NCBI GenBank assembly: GCA_035576145.1
Contig: DATLWV010000108.1
Location: 1-24,000, forward strand
Reading direction: 5' to 3'
DNA length: 24,000 nucleotides
Source of the DNA: Terriglobia bacterium
GTDB taxonomy: Bacteria > Acidobacteriota > Terriglobia > UBA7540
Under the pieces are notes generated by a model that made no database searches, had not been told where the DNA came from, and worked only from the letters and a program-made list of their open reading frames with translations. Shown in pieces: positions 1-9,092 of the stretch; positions within the stretch are counted from its first letter, which is position 1; each line of letters opens with the position of its first letter. The position numbers were made by a program, and so were the translations under genes.

Positions 1-56
1 CAACTCCAGGGAGAAACCAATAAACCGCTGGCGGTTACGCCTGCGCTGCCATGCGA

Positions 57-1109
57 TTACTGGCGGCTGGCTGCCACCGCCTCTGATCCTTCGCCCTTCG
101 GCGCGTAGTAACCGGGGCGTGTTCTCACGGTGTAATGCTTATTGTCGCGATGGTCGATAAGTTCAATCTGGACCCGCCGGAACGAACCGTCCTTCTTGGC
201 ATTGGTCGGGTAGTAGCCAAGCGTGTATTGGTTGCGGATGTCACGCGCGATGCTCACACAGATGGGCTCAACCTGGTCAAGTGACCTTGGGAAGTAGGCT
301 TTCCCGCCTGTGGCCTCAGCCAGTTCCTTCAGAACTTTGGCAGCCCTCTTGTCGCCGCTGCCATGAACTTTGAACAGCCCTCCGGGGTGTTCCTCGCCAA
401 GCAGCCCGATGCAGTAAATCACGGCGTTCGATTGCTGGGCCTGCCGAAGAAGGTCCGGGAAGGAGTAGCGGCTGGCGTTATCTTCGCCGTCAGAAATGAT
501 CAGGATAGCCTTCTTGTCGCGATTGCCCAGCTTAAGATGATCGAGTGACGCAGAAACCGCGTCATAGAGCGCAGTCCCGCCGCGGGAATCAATCTTGGCC
601 AGGGCCCCTTTCAGTTCCTCCATGTTGCCGGCGAAATTCCCGGGCGTGTCCAAATAGTATTCGTCGTTGAAATTCACTACGAACACCTGGTCATCCGGAT
701 TGGAGGTCTTTACAAAAGTCAGTGCCGCCTCATTCACTGCTGCCCGCTTGTCACGCATGCTGCCGCTGTCATCGATGTCAATGCCCATGGTCACGGGAAT
801 GTCGGCGTGGCTGAAAACTGAAAGTTTCTGCTGGGCACCGTCCTCGAGCACGCGGAAATCTTTTTCTGTGAGGTTTTCAACCATGCGTCCGTGTTTGTCA
901 ACGACCGTTGCGTGAAGGACCACGAGGTTCACATTCACATTGATCTTGTATTGGTCATCCTTCTTCTGAGGGCTGGTTGTCGCCGCATTGGCTGGTGCAG
1001 GCGCCTGCGCCAGCAAGGAAGTGCAGAATAAGAGGGCGGCGAGGCCGCCAAGGAAAAACCGTGTGTAGGGTTTCAACAGTGAGGGTGATCTCCTATTGGG
1101 TTGGGGCAT
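57..1109 (-). CDS. VWA (von Willebrand factor A) domain protein, acidobacterial VWFA-related type, probably secreted
   Basis: Part of ORF 57..1478(-). Start placed at the internal ATG (1107-1109), giving MPQPNRR... followed by a signal-like hydrophobic stretch FFLGGLAALLFCTSLLAQAPAPA. MIDAS-like DxSxS (DIDDSGSM), ISDGEDN, C-terminal PGYYAP. The upstream 123 codons of the long ORF lie inside the neighbouring gene in another frame. Confidence 0.8.
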   Translation of the reverse strand: MPQPNRRSPSLLKPYTRFFLGGLAALLFCTSLLAQAPAPANAATTSPQKKDDQYKINVNVNLVVLHATVVDKHGRMVENLTEKDFRVLEDGAQQKLSVFSHADIPVTMGIDIDDSGSMRDKRAAVNEAALTFVKTSNPDDQVFVVNFNDEYYLDTPGNFAGNMEELKGALAKIDSRGGTALYDAVSASLDHLKLGNRDKKAILIISDGEDNASRYSFPDLLRQAQQSNAVIYCIGLLGEEHPGGLFKVHGSGDKRAAKVLKELAEATGGKAYFPRSLDQVEPICVSIARDIRNQYTLGYYPTNAKKDGSFRRVQIELIDHRDNKHYTVRTRPGYYAPKGEGSEAVAASRQ

Positions 1110-2190
1110 AATATCCAGTCCGTGCGTAGACTTGAAGAGGAGGTAGCCCGCGCGGCGGATGAAGCTTGACCTTGATCCGGCGCCAATGCCCGTCCCGCAC
1201 GAGATTTGAGGGCTTGTATCCAATGACATACTGGTTTCGCAATTGAATTGAAATTTTTTCTGCGATATCCGGCAGCTCGCCGGGGTCTTCCACTGAGAAC
1301 ATCCTTCCACCTGAGACGTTGGCCAACTCTGAGAGCAGCGAAGGGCCCGAAGCCTCTTCCGGTGTTCGATCGCGGTCAGCCAGTGGTTCAAAAATTCCGA
1401 TAGCATAAATCTGGCAATCCGATTCCTTGACGGCGCGTTTAATGTCCCTTTCAGTATATCTGCTATGATTGTCTCCACCGTCAGAAATCACCAGCAGCGC
1501 CTTCCGGCTGGTATCCGTTTTCTTCATCCGGCTCAGCCCGAGATAAATGGCGTCGAGCAGGGAAGTTCTGCCTCCCGCCTTCACAAAAAGCATTCTGTCG
1601 AGAATATTTTCATAGTTGTCCGTGAATGACGACACCATATACGGACGGTTGCTGAAGCTGATCAGCATAAAGACGTCCTCGGGATTAGATGTCTTGAAGA
1701 ACTCCAGGGCTGCCTCTTTGGACTTCTGGATCTTGTCTGACATCGAACCGCTTGTGTCAAATACCATGCCGACGGAGATGGGTGCATCTTCCGTGGCGAA
1801 AGTCAAAATCTTCTGCTGGACCTTGTCATCAAAGATTTCAAAATTATCCTGGGCAAGACCTGTGACGATCCGGTCGAACGGGTCCGTCACAGTCACCGGA
1901 ACGATCACCCTGTCAACATTCATCTGAATGGGCGTCGTATTGATAGGAGGACGACGGATTTCAACATCCGGTACCTGGTCCTTCGTGTCGGGATGGTCTG
2001 CTGATCTTTCACCCGACGCAGGGTTGGGAAGTGATACCCCCACAACGGCCCAAAAGGCCAGACAAAGAACCATTACAACCCGGAATGCGCGTCTACTGGT
2101 GTTCCCCGGCATCCAGGCACCTTCCTTTGGTCGCAGCCGGCTCAGCCCCTCCGGTTGCTCTTCTGCAGACTCGGCATGACCTGATTGCAT
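1093..2190 (-). CDS. VWA domain protein, paralog of the downstream gene
   Basis: 365-aa ORF. Hydrophobic N-terminal segment VVMVLCLAFWAVVGVSL, MIDAS-like DTSGSM, ISDGGDN, C-terminal TGYYAP. Same architecture and collinear motifs as 57..1109. An alternative start at 2112 (MPGNTSRR) is possible. Confidence 0.8.
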   Translation of the reverse strand: MQSGHAESAEEQPEGLSRLRPKEGAWMPGNTSRRAFRVVMVLCLAFWAVVGVSLPNPASGERSADHPDTKDQVPDVEIRRPPINTTPIQMNVDRVIVPVTVTDPFDRIVTGLAQDNFEIFDDKVQQKILTFATEDAPISVGMVFDTSGSMSDKIQKSKEAALEFFKTSNPEDVFMLISFSNRPYMVSSFTDNYENILDRMLFVKAGGRTSLLDAIYLGLSRMKKTDTSRKALLVISDGGDNHSRYTERDIKRAVKESDCQIYAIGIFEPLADRDRTPEEASGPSLLSELANVSGGRMFSVEDPGELPDIAEKISIQLRNQYVIGYKPSNLVRDGHWRRIKVKLHPPRGLPPLQVYARTGYYAPTQ

Positions 2191-2273
2191 TCTAGCACAA
2201 CCTCCACAACAGAATCATCCGGACAATTTGGATAACCGCACCCCGCCTCAGTCGGCTCGGCGCCGTTTTGCCG

Positions 2274-2303
2274 TTGACAACCCTTCCTTACTGAACTGAT
2301 AAT
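2274..2303 (+). promoter_or_regulatory. Candidate sigma70-type promoter for pyrG
   Basis: TTGACA (2274-2279), 18-nt spacer, GATAAT (2298-2303), about 115 nt upstream of the pyrG ATG. Sequence match only. Confidence 0.35.
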
Positions 2304-2420
2304 GGGCGGTACACTGTCCTACCAGTCCGCGTGAATGCGCACGAACTGAAATAAAATGAAGTTCCGTCGTCTGGGCATTAAGTATTCCGTGTATATCAGC
2401 CGATACCTAAAAGGAGAATC

Positions 2421-4094
2421 ATGAGCGCCAAGTATATTTTTGTGACGGGTGGAGTAGTGAGCTCACTGGGCAAGGGCCTTGCCGCAGCTTCGATCGGGTG
2501 CCTGCTGGAGGCCCGTGGGCTGAAGGTCAACCTTCTCAAGTTCGACCCCTACCTGAATGTCGATCCGGGGACCATGAGTCCTTTTCAACACGGTGAGGTC
2601 TACGTCACCGACGACGGAGCGGAGACGGACCTCGACCTGGGCCACTACGAACGCTTCACTCATGTCCGCATGCGGCGCGAAAACAACTGTACGGCCGGAC
2701 GCATTTACGAAACCATCATCACCAAGGAGCGGCGCGGCGATTATCTTGGAAAGACCGTCCAGGTGATTCCGCACGTCACCGACGAGATCAAGGCTGCCAT
2801 CCGAAAGGTTGGCGCAGACGTGGACGTGGCAATCATCGAGATCGGCGGCACGGTGGGCGACATTGAATCGCTGCCGTTCCTGGAAGCCATCCGCCAGATG
2901 CGGCAGGAGCAGGGTCGTGAAAACGTGGTTTTTGTTCACGTTACCCTGGTCCCCTACATCAATGCTTCCGGAGAGCTGAAAACCAAGCCCACACAACACT
3001 CGGTGAAGGAACTGAGGGAAATCGGTATCCAGCCGGATATCCTCCTGTGCCGCACGGACCGCTTTCTGCCGGCGGACATCAAATCGAAAATTGCGCTATT
3101 CTGCAGCGTCCAGAAGGACGCCGTGATTACGGCCAAGGACGTGGGTAATATTTACGAGGTGCCGCTGGTGCTGGCTGGGGAAGGCCTGGATTCGCAGATT
3201 GTGAAGTGCTGGGGTATGGAGCCCGGCGATTGCAACCTGAAACCATGGGCCGATCTTGTGGAGCGGCTGCGGGACCTTCACGACGAGGTTTCGATTGCAA
3301 TTGTGGGCAAGTACGTTGAATATCAGGAATCTTACAAGAGCCTGAATGAAGCACTTGTACACGGCGGCCTGGCCAACAACGTGCGCGTCAATGTGGTTTG
3401 GCTTGAAGCCGAGGGCCTGGAAGGCGATGACTGGGAACGTCAGCTCGAAGGCTTCGACGGTGTTCTGGTGCCGGGCGGCTTCGGCAAGCGGGGCATTCCG
3501 GGCATGCTGCGCGGCATCACCTATGCCCGCACGCAGAAAGTACCTTTTCTCGGGATCTGTCTCGGAATGCAATGCGCAGTGATCGAGTACGCGCGGAACG
3601 TTTGCGGATTGCAAGGGGCTGACAGTTCTGAGTTTGATCCCAGTACGCCGCACAGGGTGATCTACAAGCTGCGCGAGTTGCGCGGGATTGACGAACTCGG
3701 TGGGACCATGCGGTTGGGCGCCTGGACGGCGCGCCTGAAGCCCGGCTCTTTTGCGCAGGAAGCCTACGGGCAGATTGAAATATCTGAACGCCACCGGCAC
3801 CGCTATGAGTTCAACCGCGAATACGAGTCAACTCTGGTAGCCAACGGGCTTGAAATCACCGGGGAGACGCCGGACGGCACTTACGTGGAAATCGTGGAAA
3901 TTCGCGATCACCCCTGGTTTCTCGGTTGCCAATTCCATCCGGAATTTAAATCGCGCCCGCTGGAGCCGCATCCGTTGTTCAGAGCGTTCATCGGAGCGGC
4001 GCTGACCCATCGCGGGAAGCGGCAAACGGCAGCGGTTGAGGCTCCATCTCGCGCCGCCCAGCTGATCGAGGAGGGCACCCAGTCTTCGGGCTAG
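2421..4094 (+). CDS. pyrG: CTP synthase (glutamine-hydrolysing)
   Basis: 557-aa ORF. N-terminal [16 protein letters not shown] synthetase motif; C-terminal class-I amidotransferase with GICLGMQ nucleophile motif and FHPEF. AAGGAG Shine-Dalgarno just upstream of the ATG. Confidence 0.97.
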   Translation: MSAKYIFVTGGVVSSLGKGLAAASIGCLLEARGLKVNLLKFDPYLNVDPGTMSPFQHGEVYVTDDGAETDLDLGHYERFTHVRMRRENNCTAGRIYETIITKERRGDYLGKTVQVIPHVTDEIKAAIRKVGADVDVAIIEIGGTVGDIESLPFLEAIRQMRQEQGRENVVFVHVTLVPYINASGELKTKPTQHSVKELREIGIQPDILLCRTDRFLPADIKSKIALFCSVQKDAVITAKDVGNIYEVPLVLAGEGLDSQIVKCWGMEPGDCNLKPWADLVERLRDLHDEVSIAIVGKYVEYQESYKSLNEALVHGGLANNVRVNVVWLEAEGLEGDDWERQLEGFDGVLVPGGFGKRGIPGMLRGITYARTQKVPFLGICLGMQCAVIEYARNVCGLQGADSSEFDPSTPHRVIYKLRELRGIDELGGTMRLGAWTARLKPGSFAQEAYGQIEISERHRHRYEFNREYESTLVANGLEITGETPDGTYVEIVEIRDHPWFLGCQFHPEFKSRPLEPHPLFRAFIGAALTHRGKRQTAAVEAPSRAAQLIEEGTQSSG

Positions 4095-4137
4095 GCGCTT
4101 GCCAGCAGCTTTCCGCCGGCCCGAAGTCAGACCCCCT

Positions 4138-4965
4138 ATGAAACGCGCGGTTCGCATCGGCAGGCTTTCACTTGGGCAGGGACGTCCGCTGTTTCTGATC
4201 GCGGGCCCCTGTGTGATTGAGAGCGAATCGCACTCTTTAATGATGGCCCGGCGGCTGGCCGCCATTGCACGCCGACTGGGCGTCCCTTTCATTTTCAAAG
4301 CCTCTTTCGACAAGGCTAACAGGACTTCCGCGTCGTCTTATCGAGGCCCGGGCCTCGAGTGCGGGCTCGAGATCCTGGCAAGCATCCGGAAGAAGGTTGG
4401 CGTTCCCGTCCTCACCGACGTTCATGACACGAGCCAGGTGGCGGCCGCGGCTGTGGTTTGCGATGTGCTGCAGATTCCCGCCTTCCTGTGCCGTCAGACC
4501 GACCTGCTGGAGGCTGCCGGACGGTCAGGCGCTGCTATCAACATCAAGAAAGGCCAGTTCGTTTCACCCTGGGACATGCGGAACGCCGTTGAGAAGATCG
4601 AGCGGACTGGGAACCGCCGCATTTTGATCACCGAGCGCGGAACCACTTTTGGGTATAACAATCTGGTGGTTGACATGCGCGGTCTGGCGGTAATGCGCGA
4701 CTGGGGCTATCCGGTCGTGCTCGATTGCACACATGCGCTGCAGTTGCCGGGAGGCGAGGGACGCCAGAGCGGAGGGCAGCCGCAGTTTATTGAGGCCCTC
4801 GCAAGGGCCGGGGTGGCAGCCGGCGTCGATGGAATCTTCATGGAAGTGCACGACCATCCTGAAAAAGCCCTCTCGGACGGCTCGTCGGCGCTCAAGCTTC
4901 AGAGTTTTGCGCCGCTTGCCACGAGGCTGCGAGATCTTGGAAAGTTTGTACGCCAGTTGCGGTGA
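4138..4965 (+). CDS. kdsA: 3-deoxy-8-phosphooctulonate (Kdo-8-P) synthase
   Basis: Within ORF 4099..4965. The ATG at 4138 gives MKRAVRIG...PLFLIAGPCVIESE, collinear with the E. coli KdsA N-terminus. Also KASFDKANRTS, DVH, and FMEVHDHPEKALSDG near the C-terminus. Confidence 0.93.
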   Translation: MKRAVRIGRLSLGQGRPLFLIAGPCVIESESHSLMMARRLAAIARRLGVPFIFKASFDKANRTSASSYRGPGLECGLEILASIRKKVGVPVLTDVHDTSQVAAAAVVCDVLQIPAFLCRQTDLLEAAGRSGAAINIKKGQFVSPWDMRNAVEKIERTGNRRILITERGTTFGYNNLVVDMRGLAVMRDWGYPVVLDCTHALQLPGGEGRQSGGQPQFIEALARAGVAAGVDGIFMEVHDHPEKALSDGSSALKLQSFAPLATRLRDLGKFVRQLR

Positions 4966-5031
4966 GGACATTCAAAAGGCAGTAAACAGCAGGCTGCCGG
5001 GGCGGAAAACAGGCACAACCTGAGACGAGCG

Positions 5032-6822
5032 ATGGCCATCTCAATCCGACACTTGAAGATCCGGGACCAGGTGCTCATTCTGGTTCTACCACTGCTGTTC
5101 GCTTTGCTCGGCATCATTGCACTGTTTTTCTACAACTACTGGCAGGTCGGCCACATTACGGTTTCAGCCCAAAGCAGCGAACTGGCAGCCATGAGGGCTG
5201 ATTCATTGCTGCAGGGCACCAGCCAAATGTCAGAGGCCGTGCGGGGTTATGTCCTCACCAGCCGGCAGATGTTTCTGGATGACTACAACTCGGCATCGAC
5301 CTCTGTTTTTCAGGATTTTGCGGTTCTCAAGGAGATCGAATCAGGCGTTCCTCCAATGGGCTCCCGTCTGCAGAACATCCAAAAACGTGTGGAGGATTGG
5401 AAGAAGACGTGGGCCGATCCCTTGATTGAAAAAGTCAAGGCAGGTCGTTCCTCCGAAGCCACGGTTGCGATGCTGCAGGGAAGTACGGAATTTGCGGGCA
5501 TTCAGACCGATCTCCGGCAATTCCGAAGCGCCAATCAGGCCGCTGCCGCAGAGCGAAGAGACCAAAGCCAGCGGATTGTTCATTCCGGGCTCATGTCCGG
5601 CGTCGTGCTGGCAGGGGTGTTTGCATTGCTTGTGGTGGTGCTGGTCCATATTATCAGCCGTAACATTTCCAATCCCATCCTCCAGTTGACTCAGGCCTCA
5701 GACCAGCTTCGCCAGGGGGACTTCGATCTCACACTGCCGCCGGAAACGGAGAATGAGTTTGGGGTCCTTACCCGCAGCTTCCTGCATATGTCACAAGCCT
5801 TGCGCCGCGACCGGGAGGAGTTGGCAGCCATCAAGCGCTTCTCAGAAGCCGTTACAGAGTGCACAACAGAGAACGAAGTCTATGACCACATCCTGCATGC
5901 TTTCCGTGACCGCTTCCATCCCACCCAGGTGATTATCTTCAAGCTGCGCCCGGAGGAAGACTTTCTGGAAGTCGTGGCTTCATTGCATCCCTTGCCGAAG
6001 GATGTGCACGACTGGCCCGTGATAGAAGGCAAAAACAGCTGCAAAGCTGTCCGCATGGGGCGGCCCTTCCGCGTAAACGACGTCAGCGTGGAGCCGCTTT
6101 GCCCTGGAAGGTTCGCCTTGCCGGAGGAGGGCAGCTATTATTGCGGCCCATTGATCGCAGGCGGCATTATCATCGGCGCCATACGCCTGCAGGGGGCAAA
6201 AGGGTTCTGGACGCCGGAACGCGAAAGTCTTCTGGAAAGCTATCTCAGCACGACCGCTTCGGTGCTCTCCAACCTGCAGTTGCTCCAAACCATGCGCGAG
6301 CAGGCCAACATCGATCCGCTCACCGGGCTTTACAACCGGCGCTTCTGCAAAGACTACGCGCGCAAGCTTATGGCCATGGCCCGGCGCAAAGATACGCCGT
6401 TGGGGTTTCTTATTCTGGACCTCGACCACTTCAAGAACATCAACGACGTATTCGGGCACGAAGTGGGAGACCGCGTGCTGAAGCAGTTTGCCAAGACCAT
6501 CACGCAGTCGATGAGGGAAACCAACCTGACGGCGAGGCTGGGCGGGGAAGAGTTTGTCGTGATTCTTCCCGATACTGACGCCAAAGCCTGCCAGGTGGTT
6601 GCGGAGCGCATCCGGAATTCCGTAGCCCACATGAATATGCCTCAGGTGAAGGAAAAACCGCTTCCCAACATCACCGTCAGTCTTGGCATCGCAGTCTATC
6701 CCGAACACGGAGCCACACTGGAAGAAATGCTGCAGGCCAGCGACCGCGCTCTCTATGAATCCAAACGCGCCGGCCGCAACCGCGCCACCCTTTACGTTGC
6801 AGAAACAGAAAAACGTGGGTAG
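5032..6822 (+). CDS. Sensor diguanylate cyclase (TM-CHASE3-TM-HAMP-GAF-GGDEF)
   Basis: 596-aa ORF with two hydrophobic segments (VLILVLPLLFALLGIIALFF and GVVLAGVFALLVVVLVHII). They flank a region with the CHASE3-like motif AVRGYVLT..FLDDY. HAMP-like linker follows, then a central GAF-like region and a C-terminal GGDEF domain with GGEEF (6541-6555). Confidence 0.9.
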   Translation: MAISIRHLKIRDQVLILVLPLLFALLGIIALFFYNYWQVGHITVSAQSSELAAMRADSLLQGTSQMSEAVRGYVLTSRQMFLDDYNSASTSVFQDFAVLKEIESGVPPMGSRLQNIQKRVEDWKKTWADPLIEKVKAGRSSEATVAMLQGSTEFAGIQTDLRQFRSANQAAAAERRDQSQRIVHSGLMSGVVLAGVFALLVVVLVHIISRNISNPILQLTQASDQLRQGDFDLTLPPETENEFGVLTRSFLHMSQALRRDREELAAIKRFSEAVTECTTENEVYDHILHAFRDRFHPTQVIIFKLRPEEDFLEVVASLHPLPKDVHDWPVIEGKNSCKAVRMGRPFRVNDVSVEPLCPGRFALPEEGSYYCGPLIAGGIIIGAIRLQGAKGFWTPERESLLESYLSTTASVLSNLQLLQTMREQANIDPLTGLYNRRFCKDYARKLMAMARRKDTPLGFLILDLDHFKNINDVFGHEVGDRVLKQFAKTITQSMRETNLTARLGGEEFVVILPDTDAKACQVVAERIRNSVAHMNMPQVKEKPLPNITVSLGIAVYPEHGATLEEMLQASDRALYESKRAGRNRATLYVAETEKRG

Positions 6823-6866
6823 AGCTCATTGTTTGGTTTTCCCGCTGGGCATCGAGGGCAGGGTCC

Positions 6867-7301
6867 CTAGGTTTCCGGTGGGACTGAGGCGTCGCCCTCC
6901 TGACTACCGCCAACCGTTGGCTGCCACGGGCCCTCCACAAGCAAGGCCTCATCTTTGCCGGGCCAGGGAGGCATGGTGACGCCAATCGCCTCAAGCGGAT
7001 CCTGCCCTGTGCAGCGGAACTGGAACCGTGTCCCCAGCGGAATGGTAAGGCACACCCCGGGATAGACTTCCACAGTTTCGGCCACGCCGTCCTTTTCACG
7101 CCACATCTCGCCCTGCCCGGCAATGAAGAACCATATTTCCTCTACTGTCCGGTGAGTAACGGCCCTGGCGGTTTGGCCCGGGCTGAGTTCAAAGTGCGCC
7201 ATCCCGCCGCCCTTGAGCTCCAGCAGGATTCTCACATCTGACCCGTCGGGTGCCACCACGTCGGGCGAGTCAGGAAGTTGCTTTGTTTGAAATTTAGGCA
7301 T
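6867..7301 (-). CDS. Cupin domain protein
   Basis: 144-aa ORF with small beta-barrel cupin-like motifs (GGGMAHFELSPGQTARAVTHRTVEEIWFFIAGQGEMW ... TIPLGTRFQF). Convergent with the cyclase gene, divergent from kdsD. Confidence 0.7.
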   Translation of the reverse strand: MPKFQTKQLPDSPDVVAPDGSDVRILLELKGGGMAHFELSPGQTARAVTHRTVEEIWFFIAGQGEMWREKDGVAETVEVYPGVCLTIPLGTRFQFRCTGQDPLEAIGVTMPPWPGKDEALLVEGPWQPTVGGSQEGDASVPPET

Positions 7302-7457
7302 GGTCTCCGCTGTTCCCCTCCGTCTGGAATCGCTGTTTGGTACAGGCCGAAGATTTGCATTGCCCGGGCTGGGTTGTCAAGGCCCAGCGGATTCCGGGGC
7401 CAGGGCCGGTGTCATGGCACCTGTGATATCATCCCTGATTTGAGCAGGCACCTTGTT

Positions 7458-8417
7458 ATGAGTCTTGAAACCGGAAGACGAGTGCTTGAGATTGAGGCGC
7501 GAGCCATCGCCGAACTGATCGGGCGGCTGGACCGGCAGTTCGAGCGCGCAGTTGAGACTATTCTTGCTTGTCGAGGGCGCCTGGTGGTTGCGGGCATGGG
7601 CAAGTCCGGCCTGATCGGACAGAAGATTTCCGCCACCTTTTCAAGCACCGGGACGCCGTCGTTCTTCCTGCATCCCGCCGAAGCTCTCCACGGCGATCTG
7701 GGCCGACTGGTGCCGAACGACGTACTGATGGCACTATCCTACGGCGGTGAAACGGAAGAACTGCTGCGCCTGCTCGACACCGTCAAGCGGCTGGCAATCC
7801 CGTTGATCTTGCTGACCGGCAAGCCTGGCTCGACCCTCGCCCAGTCAAGCGATGTGGTGATTGACGTGAGCATCAGCGAAGAAGCCTGCCCGCTGGGGCT
7901 CGCTCCCACGGCCTCAACTACGGCCATGCTGGCGGTGGGTGACGCGCTGGCCATGGCACTGCTTGAAAAACGCGGCTTCAAGGAAGAGGACTATGCGGCG
8001 CTTCATCCGGGAGGAGGCTTGGGCGTCCGGCTGCGCCGGGTGGAGAACGTGATGCACACAGGCGACGAAATCCCACGCGTGCAGCCCTCGACGACTTTGC
8101 CCGATGTGATTTACGAGATCAGCAAGAAGAAACTGGGCCACACAGCCGTGGTGGATGGTGAAGGAAGGCTGGCCGGCGTGATTTCTGACGGCGACTTGCG
8201 GCGATTTTTCCAGCGTGAGGGTAATCGTGCACTCGAACATTCGGCAGCCGACCTGATGACGCGAACGCCTGTGACCATCGGCCGCAAGGAACTGGCCACG
8301 CGCGCCCTGAACGTGATGGAAAGCCGCCGCATCACGTCGCTGATGGTGGTGGATGATGAGGGGTGCCTCGAAGGTGTGGTCCACATTCACGACCTGTGGC
8401 GGACCGAGATGTTTTGA
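7458..8417 (+). CDS. kdsD: Arabinose-5-phosphate isomerase (SIS + tandem CBS)
   Basis: Within ORF 7278..8417. The ATG at 7458 gives MSLETGRRVLEIEARAI..., collinear with E. coli KdsD. GMGKSGLIGQKISATFSSTGTPSFFLHPAEALHGDLG, CPLGLAPTASTTA, HPGGGLG, C-terminal CBS pair. The upstream 60 codons overlap the cupin gene and are rejected. Confidence 0.92.
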   Translation: MSLETGRRVLEIEARAIAELIGRLDRQFERAVETILACRGRLVVAGMGKSGLIGQKISATFSSTGTPSFFLHPAEALHGDLGRLVPNDVLMALSYGGETEELLRLLDTVKRLAIPLILLTGKPGSTLAQSSDVVIDVSISEEACPLGLAPTASTTAMLAVGDALAMALLEKRGFKEEDYAALHPGGGLGVRLRRVENVMHTGDEIPRVQPSTTLPDVIYEISKKKLGHTAVVDGEGRLAGVISDGDLRRFFQREGNRALEHSAADLMTRTPVTIGRKELATRALNVMESRRITSLMVVDDEGCLEGVVHIHDLWRTEMF

Positions 8418-8454
8418 ACACTCCCTGTAATGCATGTTAAGTGAGGCAGCAAGC

Positions 8455-9018
8455 ATGGCGAATGAGCTTATGCAGCTGGAGGTTCGGGACAGGCAGCGCT
8501 GGCGGAGATGGCTGGAGAAGCACCATGCCTCAAGCCCCGGAGTGTGGCTTGTGTTTCATAAGGGCCACAACACGGGAGTCAAGTGCGTCCCTTATGAAGA
8601 CTCGGTTCGGGAAGCGCTTTGTTTTGGCTGGGTCGACAGCCTGGTCAAACGGCTGGATGATGACCGGTACGCCCGCAAGTTTACGCCGCGAAAACCTTCG
8701 AGCAAGTGGTCCGAGTTAAACCGCAAGCGCTGGGCGGAACTAAATTCGGAGGGCCTGCTGGCCCCGCCGGGGCGCGCAGCAGCTCCAACTGGCAACAGCT
8801 ATGCTCAGAGGCCGGAAATCCCGGAATTGCCCCGCTACATTGCCACGGCGCTGAAGGGGAATTCGCAAGCATGGAGCGCCTTTAATCGCCTGGCGCCAAG
8901 CCACCGGCGCGAGTACGTGCGTTGGATCCATTCGGCCAAACGGGAGGAAACACGCGAGAGGCGAGTAAAGGAGTCAATCACTCTGCTGGCGCGCGGGCAA
9001 AAACTGGGCCTGAAGTGA
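8455..9018 (+). CDS. YdeI/OmpD-associated family protein (DUF1801-related)
   Basis: ORF 8434..9018. Motifs WRRWLEKHH, GVWLVFHK, EALCFGWVDS, and C-terminal REYVRWIHSAKREETRERRV are typical of the YdeI family. Start is either 8434 or the ATG at 8455 (GAGG 8 nt upstream). Confidence 0.7.
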   Translation: MANELMQLEVRDRQRWRRWLEKHHASSPGVWLVFHKGHNTGVKCVPYEDSVREALCFGWVDSLVKRLDDDRYARKFTPRKPSSKWSELNRKRWAELNSEGLLAPPGRAAAPTGNSYAQRPEIPELPRYIATALKGNSQAWSAFNRLAPSHRREYVRWIHSAKREETRERRVKESITLLARGQKLGLK

Positions 9019-9092
9019 GCGGCTGATGAAAGCCTATATTCTCCACCGGGGCTGTCCATCTTGAAAGAAATGCAATTTTGCTGAGAAGGAAC

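Noticed and set aside
1110-1478. N-terminal 123-codon extension of ORF 57..1478
   Set aside because: It lies in an alternative frame inside the upstream VWA gene and has no protein-like features. The internal ATG at 1109 is followed immediately by a signal-like sequence.
2463-3800. Minus-strand ORFs 2463..2999, 2954..3136, 3096..3800 and 3127..3354
   Set aside because: They are antisense to pyrG, whose identity is unambiguous, and carry no recognisable motifs. They are shadow ORFs.
5980-6708. 242-aa minus-strand ORF and the 6099..6578 plus-strand alternate-frame ORF
   Set aside because: Both overlap the GAF-GGDEF part of the diguanylate cyclase gene. Their sequences are Arg/Gly/Pro-rich with no domain signatures.
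7278-7457. N-terminal extension of the kdsD ORF
   Set aside because: It overlaps the cupin gene start and the divergent promoter region. KdsD homology begins at the ATG at 7458.
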